Origin: Hydrolagus colliei
Lineage: Eukaryota
Length of the DNA: 64,000 nt
Direction: 5' to 3'
NCBI GenBank assembly: GCA_035084275.1
Contig: CM068745.1
Span: forward strand, 82,708,001 to 82,772,000
The notes beneath the pieces were generated by a model. That model saw nothing but the letters and a program-made list of their open reading frames with translations, was not told the origin of the DNA and made no database searches. Shown here in pieces: positions 26,301-38,300 of the stretch; position 1 is the first letter of the stretch, and the number at the start of each line of letters is the position of its first letter. A program made the position numbers and the translations under genes.

Positions 26301-29300
26301 GCCGAAAAGCTAACGTGTGAGGCCATTCAGGAGAGGTGAGTGCTGCATGTCAAGTGTTGTCCATTACAGTGGCCAGTGAAGTAAGGTCTTACTGGGCTTG
26401 GTATCTTGTACTCTGGCTTCATGTCATATCCTTTCCAACAGATAATGCTCCTATAACATCCAGCGGAACACTAGTGATCTGTCCAGCCTCTCTCATATAC
26501 CACTGGAAAAATGAAATTGAACGGCATGTTACTGGAAGGAAACTGAGTGTGTACCTATACCATGGAGCGAAGCGAGAGAAAGAAGCAAGAGTGTGAGTAT
26601 TTGGGGCATTAACAGTGTTCCAGCTCTCAATATACAGAGTGGTTATACCTTACACTGAAGTGTGTATATCATTCTAGTTCATCCTCCCACGCCTTCACCT
26701 CTCATACCCCTCTCATCGATCTCTTCAGCAGATCGCTGTCTAACACTCCCTGTTGTATTTGCTGGCACTGTGAGCTGTGAAGGGTGCTATCTGTGGAGCT
26801 CCTGAAGCTCTCTGGTTAGAGCTCTTGCCTGACAAGCGTGAGACCTGTGTTCAAATGCAGGCAGGTCAGGGCGAAAGCTTGGGCAAGTTTCCTTACTCCA
26901 CTCACGCACGCATGCACACGCCTAATAATAATACCTCCAAAAATACCACAATAATAAATTGGTCATTTCAATCCACGGCTGTTTGTGGGGGACGCTGCTG
27001 TGCGCAATTGTCTGCCGCGTTTCGCCCACAAATATATATACAATCAATTATTCACTTTACAGTATATTTACATATATAAATATATTTACAGTATATTCTG
27101 TGAAGCGCTTTGAGATAGACGTGTGCTGGAGCAGATGTGAAAAGCGTTATATCAAATGCGAGGATTATTGTTTATTATAATCCTGCTAAGTTTCGGGTAC
27201 ATTGGCTGCCCAGGGAAATGATGTTGGTTGGTGGCCAGTTTCGGTCATTTTTCAGCGCAGGCTTTTTTGTGCTGAAAATGACCCATTTCCGAGTCATCGT
27301 GCGTGAAGTGACATCGAGCGCTGGCTGGGCTGGGCTGGGCTGGCTGTCTGTCTGGCTGGCTGGCTGGGCTGGCTGGCTAGGGTGGGCTGGGTTGGGCTGC
27401 CTGGGCTGGGCTGCTGGCTGGCTGGNNNNNNNNNNNNNNNNNNNNNNNNNNNNNNNNNNNNNNNNNNNNNNNNNNNNNNNNNNNNNNNNNNNNNNNNNNN
27501 NNNNNNNNNNNNNNNNNNNNNNNNNNNNNNNNNNNNNNNNNNNNNNNNNNNNNNNNNNNNNNNNNNNNNNTGGGCTGGGCTGCGCTGGGCTGGGCTGGGC
27601 TGGGCTGGGCTGGGCTGCCTGGCTGGGCTGGGCTGGCTGGGCTGGGCTGGGCTGGGCTGGCTGGGCTGCCNNNNNNNNNNNNNNNNNNNNNNNNNNNNNN
27701 NNNNNNNNNNNNNNNNNNNNNNNNNNNNNNNNNNNNNNNNNNNNNNNNNNNNNNNNNNNNNNNNNNNNNNNNNNNNNNNNNNNNNNNNNNNNNNNNNNNN
27801 NNNNNNNNNNNNNNNNNNNNNNNNNNNNNNNNNNNNNNNNNNNNNNNNNNNNNNNNNNNNNNNNNNNNNNNNNNNNNNNNNNNNNNNNNNNNNNNNNNNN
27901 NNNNNNNNNNNNNNNNNNNNNNNNNNNNNNNNNNNNNNNNNNNNNNNNNNNNNNNNNNNNNNNNNNNNNNNNNNNNNNNNNNNNNNNNNNNNNNNNNNNN
28001 NNNNNNNNNNNNNNNNNNNNNNNNNNNNNNNNNNNNNNNNNNNNNNNNNNNNNNNNNNNNNNNNNNNNNNNNNNNNNNNNNNNNNNNNNNNNNNNNNNNN
28101 NNNNNNNNNNNNNNNNNNNNNNNNNNNNNNNNNNNNNNNNNNNNNNNNNNNNNNNNNNNNNNNNNNNNGGCTGNNNNNNNNNNNNNNNNNNNNNNNNNNN
28201 NNNNNNNNNNNNNNNNNNNNNNNNNNNNNNNNNNNNNNNNNNNNNNNNNNNNNNNNNNNNNNNNNNNNNNNNNNNNNNNNNNNNNNNNNNNNNNNNNNNN
28301 NNNNNNNNNNNNNNNNNNNNNNNNNNNNNNNNNNNNNNNNNNNNNNNNNNNNNNNNNNNNNNNNNNNNNNNNNNNNNNNNNNNNNNNNNNNNNNNNNNNN
28401 NNNNNNNNNNNNNNNNNNNNNNNNNNNNNNNNNNNNNNNNNNNNNNNNNNNNNNNNNNNNNNNNNNNNNNNNNNNNNNNNNNNNNNNNNNNNNNNNNNNN
28501 NNNNNNNNNNNNNNNNNNNNNNNNNNNNNNNNNNNNNNNNNNNNNNNNNNNNNNNNNNNNNNNNNNNNNNNNNNNNNNNNNNNNNNNNNNNNNNNNNNNN
28601 NNNNNNNNNNNNNNNNNNNNNNNNNNNNNNNNNNNNNNNNNNNNNNNNNNNNNNNNNNNNNNNNNNNNNNNNNNNNNNNNNNNNNNNNNNNNNNNNNNNN
28701 NNNNNNNNNNNNNNNNNNNNNNNNNNNNNNNNNNNNNNNNNNNNNNNNNNNNNNGGCTGGGCTGGCTGGGCTGCGCTGGGCTGGGCTGGGCTGGGCTGGG
28801 CTGGGCTGCCTGGCTGGGCTGCCTGGCTGGGGCTGGGCTGCGCTGGGCTGGGCTGCGCTGGGCTGGGCTGGGCTGGGCTGGGCTGGGCTGGCTGGGCTGG
28901 GCTGNNNNNNNNNNNNNNNNNNNNNNNNNNNNNNNNNNNNNNNNNNNNNNNNNNNNNNNNNNNNNNNNNNNNNNNNNNNNNNNNNNNNNNNNNNNNNNNN
29001 NNNNNNNNNNNNNNNNNNNNNNNNNNNNNNNNNNNNNNNNNNNNNNNNNNNNNNNNNNNNNNNNNNNNNNNNNNNNNNNNNNNNNNNNNNNNNNNNNNNN
29101 NNNNNNNNNNNNNNNNNNNNNNNNNNNNNNNNNNNNNNNNNNNNNNNNNNNNNNNNNNNNNNNNNNNNNNNNNNNNNNNNNNNNNNNNNNNNNNNNNGGG
29201 CTGCGCTGGGCTGCGCTGGGCTGGGCTGCCTGGCTGGGCTGCGCTGGGCTGGGCTGCCTGGCTGGGCTGGGCTGGGCTGGCTGGGCTGGGCTGCCTGGCT

Positions 29301-32300
29301 GGGCTGGGCTGGGCTGCCTGGCTGGGCTGGGCTGGGCTGCCTGGGCTGGGCTGCCTGGCTGGGCTGGGCTGGGTTGGGCTGGCTGGGCTGCGCTGGGCTG
29401 CCNNNNNNNNNNNNNNNNNNNNNNNNNNNNNNNNNNNNNNNNNNNNNNNNNNNNNNNNNNNNNNNNNNNNNNNNNNNNNNNNNNNNNNNNNNNNNNNNNN
29501 NNNNNNNNNNNNNNNNNNNNNNNNNNNNNNNNNNNNNNNNNNNNNNNNNNNNNNNNNNNNNNNNNNNTGCCTGGCTGGCTGGGCTGCGCTGGCCTACCTG
29601 GCTGGGCTGGACTGCCTGGGCTGGGCTGCCTGGCTGGGCTGGCTGGGCTTTGGGCTAGGCTGGGCTGGCTAGGCTGGGCTGGCTGGGCTGGGCTGGGCTG
29701 GGCTGCCTGGGCTGGCTGGCTGGCTGGGCTGGGCTGGCTTGGCTGGGCTGACTGGCTGGCAGCTGTTTTCCGTGCTGTTTGAAAGCAAGGTGCTGACATA
29801 TTGTTTCCCAGAGGGACTGTGTTTACCATGGCTACCCTGTCGTGTGGAGAATTCCTGGATTCGTGTAAAATGACTTGAGAAACTGATCACGAACCCTCCG
29901 TCCACCCCTTACAATCAAGAATTAAAACCTTCAACTTAAGAAGAAGAATTCCTGTATTTGATACAACACCTTAATCGCTATGTTGAAAAACGTCTTTGAA
30001 AGATTTTCACTCGCAGGATTTTGACTGCGAAGTGCAGTGATTGTGTAATTTACAGGTTGAACGCCTTGTTATGAACGGCAACTTCGCGAATAGCGCAACC
30101 TATTGAACACGTTGTTTGTTTGCATTGTAGGCTGTCGGAGTTTGATGTTGTGGTGACGACCTATAGCCTGGTGGCGAAGGAGATCCCGGTGAAGAAGGAA
30201 GGCGGAGAACACGCTGGCAGAGATGATGATGAGAAGGATGTAAGTCAGGCGCCTGAGGCAGTAATTATAAATAATTGAGCTATCACACCCTGAACCTCCC
30301 TCCCTCCCTCAATCCCTCCCTCAATCCCTCAATCCCTCCCTCAATCCCTCCCTCCCTCAATCCCTCCCTCCCTCAATCCCTCCCTCCCTCAATCCCTCCC
30401 TCCCTCAATCCCTCTGTCCCTCAATCCCTCCCTCCCTCCCCACCTTTTTGATCATGTTTACAGCCACCTCTCCCCCCCCCCCCCCCCCACACGCACACAC
30501 ACTCCTCTCTCTCCCTCCTCCCCAGGCTTGTTGTCAGACAACATTGTGAAGCTCTCCAGGTTGCTACATCCATTGCAAGTTGTTGTGTTGTTGCAACAGC
30601 AGGTAATGCGTTCAGCTCAGCAGTGATTGCGGGAGAATTGTGCCTCACAGCTCAGCGGACGCACTGTTTTGCAGGTCTTGGCTGCTGCAAAGTCCTCTCA
30701 CTCTCCTCTGCTGAGGGTGACCTGGGCTCGGATCATTTTGGACGAAGCTCACAACATTAAAAACCCTCGGGTGCAGACATCGCTGGCGGTCTGCAAACTC
30801 CAGGCTGGGGCTCGTTGGGCAGTCACGGGAACACCCATCCAAAACAACCTGCTGGATATGTTTTCGCTGCTCAAGTAAGATATACCGAACACAGGCCTGT
30901 CCTTCAGGAAAAAAGGGTGAGGTTTATGAATGCTTCAATTTCTGTCGGCGTGAACATTTCAAGACCGTCGCAAAGGCTTTTTTTTTTGCAATCGCCTTCC
31001 TTCCTCTCTCCCTCCCCTCCCTTCTCTCCCCTCCCCTCCCTTCTCTCCCCTCCCCTCCCTTCCCCTCCCTTCTTGCCGATTAAGAATTAATGGTCAGTAA
31101 TTCAAATCAATCGCACACCCCGTGATTGTAAATTCCTGTCTAATCCAGGTTCCTTCGCTGTTCCCCATTTGATGAGTTCAAACTGTGGAAGAATCAGGTG
31201 GACAACGGAACAAAGAGAGGCAGCGAACGCCTGAATATTATCACCAAAAGCCTTTTGTTGCGTCGATTGAAGGACCAACGTAACTCTAGCGGGAAACCTC
31301 TGGTATGTCCACTTGTTTATTTTTTTGGAAACAAAATGTAAATTGAAGATAAATAGGCTTTTCTCTTAACTTTTAAAAAAAATCATTTTGTTTACTAAAA
31401 AAAAAGGCAGTACTTTGTCAAACACATTGGTCTGTAATTATCGCACCTACAACATTTCCAGCCTTGACACGTTTATCTAAAGAAACTTTTTAACTGCAAT
31501 GTTGATATTGATAATTTCTTAGTATTACGGTATTATTATTCTGTAAATGCCCACCTCTGCTGCCTGTGTGGATAATAATAATCCTTGCGTTTAATACACA
31601 GCACTTTTCACGTCTTCTAGATATCTTTTTTTTATAATCAAATATATATTTATTAGTTAGAAACGTATATTTCCATACCCCGTGACAGCACACGGCAAAA
31701 AAATATACCTTCCCCACCGTGACAAGTGCACAACGGCCCTGTCTTTCTACTCTAGACATCTCAAAGCGCTTCACAGAATATACTGTAGAGTGAATTGACT
31801 GTATAGGATGGTGAATTGACTGTATGATAGTGACTCCCACATCGCCTTTAGAGTTACAGTGCTTGATTTGTGCAGCTTTACTGCTCTTATTATTCATCAT
31901 AGAAGAAAGCTTGATAAATAAATAAATGTCTTGATAAATAGCAACACACTTTTGTTATTGGAGATGGCTGTGAGGAAATCTCGATGCAACTCACACCCGT
32001 TCGTCAGTGTTCTGTCAGATGTTGTCAGTGAATGTTTACGACGGTGTAAATTTCAGTCTCCTTTCCCTTTATCAAAGTGCTCACAAACACAGTTCCCTTT
32101 TCCAGGTCGCCTTACCTCAACGGTTCAGCCAGTCTCATAAATTAAAACTCTCGGACAATGAACAAGCTGTTTACAACGTCCTGTTTGCTCGTTCCAGGTA
32201 AAAAGAAAAGATATTTGAGGATTTATGTGATTTTCTGTTGGTGTAATATCCTGTGATTTCAACACGATACAACTTGTATTAAACACAACTATTATTTTAA

Positions 32301-35300
32301 AGGCAGGCAGGATTTATTTCCTGCTCACACTAGAATGTGATTGTTTGGATAATCTCTTTTCATTTAAAACGAGCGGTCAGTCTTTAATTTTTAACTATGT
32401 TGGTAAACCGTCTGCTGGGGGTAAGGAGAAAATATATCATAGGAATATGGGTAATAAAGATGAGCTATCTTTGTGCAGACAGTGTGTGTCTGTTTAAACA
32501 AAAGATTGGATAACTCAAGTGGATCAGGTTTTTACTCGTGTATTCAGACAGTGCAGACAAAGTTATCCTCTCGTCAGGCGTGGAATGAATGTTTACGATG
32601 GTGTAAATTTCAGTCCTGTGAAACTTTACATTATTATCTGAAGAAATTGAAATGGAAACAGTCAGGGTGGCGTTTGCTAATGAGCCAGTCAGACTCTGGC
32701 GATGACTGGCATTCTGTCATCCGCGTACATGTGGAAATCTACCCCCACTGTCTGCGGATGATGCCACCGAGGCGGGGGAGCGCTCGCCTAGAGGTTGAAG
32801 AGGAGGGGGCCGAGGACGGAGCCCTGAGGAGACTGTGTGGGAGTGAGGTGCGGGAAGAGTAGGGTCAGAGTAGTAGGATGTGTGTCAGTACAGTAAAAGC
32901 CCTCGGGACCTGGCCAGTGCCGGTTAAAGTGTGTGCCGGATATTCGGCCGAAAACGCCCCCCCCCCAAAAAAAAATAATTTCAATGCATTTATCTGAATA
33001 AATTCCAGTTAATCGACTTTTTTTTGGAGTGCCGGTTAAACGGAAGCTGCGGTTGATCGGGTGCCGGATAAACGGGCTTTGACTGTAGAAGGATATGTGC
33101 ATTGATATAATCCTAAATTACTGGAGGGGGGTATGTTAGTTTGTGCACGTGCGGGAAGCTGACTGAGGCGCCCAAGTGAAACAGCGCGAGAATGAAGATT
33201 GTTTTAGAGGAACTGCTCTATAATCCGATTTGTGCAAACTGAGATTTTTCTGTTGCTGAAAAGTCCCTGTGGGTCCCAGAGAAACAAGGTGTTGGATCTC
33301 ACAACCTTTTCGATAGTCTCGCTAAGGAAGTTGGATTTCTCTTGAGATTCCTGCGGAATGTTTAGCGGAGGGTTTAATTTATTATCTTTCTCTCGGCCCG
33401 TAGGTCAACCTTGCAGTCCTACCTAAAGAGGCACGAGGGCAAGGATTGCAAAGCAAATCCCTCAACCGTTTCTGACAATCCCTTCCAGAGAGGTACAATA
33501 AAAACTCTTCTAAGTTTGTTTGAGTTCAAGGAAAAGTGTTCATTACTTTTGTTGCTTTTTATAAAAAAAACAAAGATAGATTTTACTGATTTGGATTGGG
33601 AAGGAATTTTATTAAAGCCCCAAACTACTTAGCCTATTCTATGCTTACTTAATGTAACCTTTTTTAAAACAGCGATAACAGAACCAGTCCGAGACAATGG
33701 TGTAATTAATAATTAGAAATTTTAATTAGAAATGTTATTAATTTTTTTTAAACAGAGTTGAATTTCGTTTTGGCCCAATTGAGGAAATCGGTACTATACC
33801 TCACCTCTGACCATCAATACCGTCACCAAACATGTTCAGGTTATACATAGCGCTAAAACTCAGCCCCGAGAGCGTGTATTTCCACCACTTCCTGCACAAG
33901 CCACCTGTTTGTGGTCGCTGTGACATTGATAATTGAGGTAAAACAAAATTAACTTTATTTTCTGCAGCGTCTGTTTGAGTGGTAGCCACTAGTTTGGAGC
34001 TGCCCACTCAAATGTTACATCGGATTCTTCTTGCACTTGACCCAAGAGAGATTTGATCCCAGTTATCTGGGCTGAATTCACACCCAAAAATAAGTGCCAA
34101 GAGATAGATAGAGAGAGCGGGCAATTAATTGGTTACCCACAACATAATCAGTCTCCACTTTTAAGCATGATACTTTGAGTGTGACGGCATTAAATTTGCA
34201 CGTTTACGAATGCCCAGGTCATATAATTGCAGCCGAACACGTACGACAACAACTTTGATTTATTTCGCCTCCCTCACTCCACGCCGGACGGCGTCTCAGA
34301 GCGCTTCACAATAATGGACCCCAGGACCAAGCCAGGTGCAGGGGGGGGAAAGGTGACCAAAGGCCCGGTCGAAGAGAAAGGTCTTCAGCTGGGACCTGAA
34401 ACTGGGAAGAGAGAGAGGGGGCGAGGGGAAGGGAGTGAGGAAGGGAGTTCCAGAGCCTCGGGGCCTAGTGGCTGAAGGCACGGCCGCCGAGGGTGGATCG
34501 AAGGATTCGGGGGGACATGGAGGAGGCCAGACCCAGTGGAGCGAAGGCAGCGGGAGCTGGTTTGAGGGGAGAGGAGATCAGAGAGATAGGGCGGGGGGAC
34601 AGAGGAGTGGGGGGGATTTGAAAACAAGGGTGAGGATCTTGAAGTGGACGTATCCCAGTACCAGAGATTTTTACATGTAACCGATGTTTCTCTCGTTCTG
34701 AATCAGTGGCCCAGGAGTTTGGAGTGGAGCACAGTGCTGAAGGTCATTGCTCAAGCCAGAAGGCTTCACACGGCTCGAGCACTGTCCATATCCTGTCCTT
34801 ACTGCTGCGTCTCCGGCAGTGCTGCTGTCATCTCTCTCTGCTGAGGACGGTAAGAGACCTGAGCGCGACTTTAAAAAATACTCGATTCGCAAAATTAACA
34901 TTTTCGTACAATCATAGAATCTTACGACATAAAGGGAGGCCATTCGGCCCATCGAGTCTGTGCCGGCTCTTTGACAAGAGCAATTTAATCTCACTCCTCA
35001 GCTCTCTCTCTCTCTCTCCCCAAAACCGCGCAAACCCATCCTCCCCAAATAAATGTCTACCTCTCTTTTAAAAGCTGTTATCGAATCGGCCTCCATCCAC
35101 CTTTTCTTCCACAAACACCGATATCAACGAAAGTATTTAATGGTTAACGAACAGGGGGAAAGAGTTCCCGAAACTCAGTGGGTAATGAGTTTGCCACATT
35201 CCGGCAATTTTATTTCTGACATTGTCCATTATTTTGTGGTTAAGGGATGTGGGGATAAGGCGGGCGGTTAGGTGGAGTTAGAATAGATCAGCTATGATCT

Positions 35301-38300
35301 TATTGAATGGCGGAGGGGCAGGCTCGAGGGGCTGAATGGCCTACTCAGAGCCGCCAACCGGTATGTTTTTGCCGTGTTTAGTACGGTACATTGCAGTAAA
35401 TATGGCAGTAAGATTTTTCTTGGTAAAAATAAGTTTTTTTGGAAAATCCAAATATGTTGCTTGTAATGCAGTACAGGTGGCCCCCGCTTACCAAACGCCC
35501 TGTTAACGAAACGTCACTGTAACGAGGGTTTCTATTTGTACCCCTCTATGTGCTTAGCAAAGGCTGCGCTTGCTATAACAAAAGCTTAAATCGCTTCTCG
35601 TCTCCCGGCCGCCTCCGCGACACAAGTGCACAGACATACACACACTTGCTGCAGCGCCAACTAATCCAAGAGAAAACGCTGAGGTATGGGAGGAGCTTCA
35701 GCGGTTTNNNNNNNNNNNNNNNNNNNNNNNNNNNNNNNNNNNNNNNNNNNNNNNNNNNNNNNNNNNNNNNNNNNNNNNNNNNNNNNNNNNNNNNNNNNNN
35801 NNNNNNNNNNNNNNNNNNNNNNNNNNNNNNNNNNNNNNNNNNNNNNNNNNNNNNNNNNNNNNNNNNNNNNNNNNNNNNNNNNNNNNNNCTGTCTGTCTCG
35901 GTCGCGCTCTCTCTCTCTCTCTCTATGTCTCTCTCTGTCCCAGTCTNNNNNNNNNNNNNNNNNNNNNNNNNNNNNNNNNNNNNNNNNNNNNNNNNNNNNN
36001 NNNNNNNNNNNNNNNNNNNNNNNNNNNNNNNNNNNNNNNNNNNNNNNNNNNNNNNNNNNNNNNNNNNNNNNNNNNNCTCTCGCTGTCACAATCTCACTCA
36101 CAGTCTCTCTCTCTCTTTCTTTCTCTCTCTGTCTCAGTCTCTTTCTCTTTAACTCTCTCTCCCTGCCTTCAATAGCAGTGCTACCTACCTTATGCCGTCG
36201 CCGATACACTGTAAACGTTAGCGCTGGGCGCTAGACCAGGCACAAGGCATTACTGGGAACGATTTTTTTCATATACGGAAACACAATAAGGGACCTCCCT
36301 CCCTCCCGCTTAACGCAATATTTGCTTAACGAGGAGTTTTGAAGTCCCTAACCCCTTTGTTGACCCGGGGTTACCTGTGTATATATAGGGAGTTGCGTGC
36401 GCGTTCTAACTGCTGCAATACACTACTGGCTGCGATCGCGCATTGATTCACCTTCGCAATGAAAGACACGCGTCTTTGCTCACAACTGTGTGCGTACGAG
36501 TTTGAAAGTTATTAATGTAGCATACAGCTCGCTCGCACATATACCTAGACCTCTAACTACAAGATACTCCACTACAACAACAACAACAACAACAAATTAC
36601 ACTTATAAATCGCCTTTCACGTCGGGAGGACGTCCCAAGGCACTGCACAGGAGGCGTGTGACCCGAGCTGGGAGGGGAGTGTTCGGGAAGGGGTGAAACA
36701 CGAAGGGGAGGTCGAAAAATTCAGGGGGGAACAAAAGGCACGGTCGAAGAGCAAAGTCTTCAAACCGGCCTTGAAAGAGGAAAGGGAAGAGACGAAATGG
36801 AGGGATTGAGGGATGGCATTCCACAGGGTCGGAGCGGAGAAACTGAAGGCCCGGCCTCCGATGGTGGGGCGGTTCGGGCGGGGGGCTTGGAGCAGGCCAA
36901 GTCCTGCTGAACGGAGGGTCCGGGTGGGCTTGTAGGGGGAGAGTAAATTGGTTAAATAGGGCGGGGCAAGGCCATGTAAGGCCTTGAAGGTGAGGACGAG
37001 GATCTTGAACTCGATCCTCTGGAGGATGGGGAGCCAGTGGAGACGGGCGAGGGTGGGGGTTATATGGTCGCGGAGGTGGGTGCGGGATAATACACGGGCT
37101 GCAGAGTTTTGGATGACCTGCAGCCTGTGAATGGAGGAACTGGGGAGGCCGACGAGGAGAGAGTTTCCGTAGTCCAGCCGTGAGGTGATGTATGCGTGCA
37201 CGAGTGTTTCGGCAGCGTGGGGGGTAAGATAGTTGTGGAGCCTGGCAATGTTGCGCAGGTGGAAGTAAGCGGTGCCAGTCAAGACACGGATGTGGGGGAA
37301 GAAGGAGAGTTTTCGGTCAAACGTGATGCCGAGGTTCCTGACTGGCTTTGTGAGGTGGAGACTGCAGCCTTGGATGTTGAGGCTGGCAGCACCCGATGTG
37401 CGGAGGCGCTGGCTTGAGCCAATCAGGAGGGCCTCGGTCTTACTCATGTTCAACTGGAGGAAGTTGTCCCTCGTCCAGGACTCAATGTCGGACAGACATG
37501 CTGTCAGAACATCGATGGTCTGGGGGTTGAGGGATGAGGCAGAAAGGTACAGCTGGGTGTCGTCCGCATACATGTGGAAATTTACCCCATGTTTGCGGAT
37601 GACATCGCCCAGAGGGAGCGTGTAAAGGGTGAAAAGGAGGGGGCCGAGGACAGAGCCCTGGGGGACTCCGTGAGAAACTGTGCGGGGGTTTGAGGAGAAA
37701 CCGTTGGAAGAAACAAAGTGTAAACGGTGGGTCAGGTAGGAATGGAACCAGTCAAGGACTGTGCCTTGAAGGTTGAGGTGGGAGGAAAGACGTTGAAGGA
37801 GGATGGTGTGATCGACTGTGTCGAACGCAGCAGACAGGTCAAGGAGGACGAGGAGGCAAAGGGAGCCCAGGTCACAGGCGGTTAGGATGTCATTTGTGAC
37901 CTTAACCAGGGCAGTTTCTGTGCTGTGGATAGGGCGGAAACCTGATTGGAGGGGTTCAAGGAGTGAGTTGAAAGGAAAGAGCGGAGCTGGGAGGCAACCA
38001 CTCTTTCAAGGACCTTAGATAAAAACGGGAGGTTGGAGATGGGTCGATAGCTTGATGGTTGTGACGCATCAAGGGAGGGTTTTTTCAGGATAGGGGTGAT
38101 GGTGGCTGTTTTAAGGGAGGTAGGGACGGTACCTGAGGAGAGGGAAAGGTTAATGGTGTCAGAAATGAGCGGGGCCAGAAGGTAGAGCTGGGTGCGGAGG
38201 AGGGGGGTGGGGGTTGGGATGGGGTCCAATGAACACGTGGTTGGTTTAATGGAGGTGATTATTTTAATGATTGAAGACGGGGAGTTGGGGTGGAAAGTAT

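Noticed and set aside
27137-29829. 750-880 aa ORFs (WAGL/QPS repeats)
   Set aside because: A stop-free pentamer satellite plus N-runs; no coding signal.
33801-34110. Antisense ORF remnant in TTF2 intron 16 ([27 protein letters not shown])
   Set aside because: It looks protein-like and may be a decayed transposase, but I cannot assign a family. It is short and frameshifted; BLASTX would be needed.
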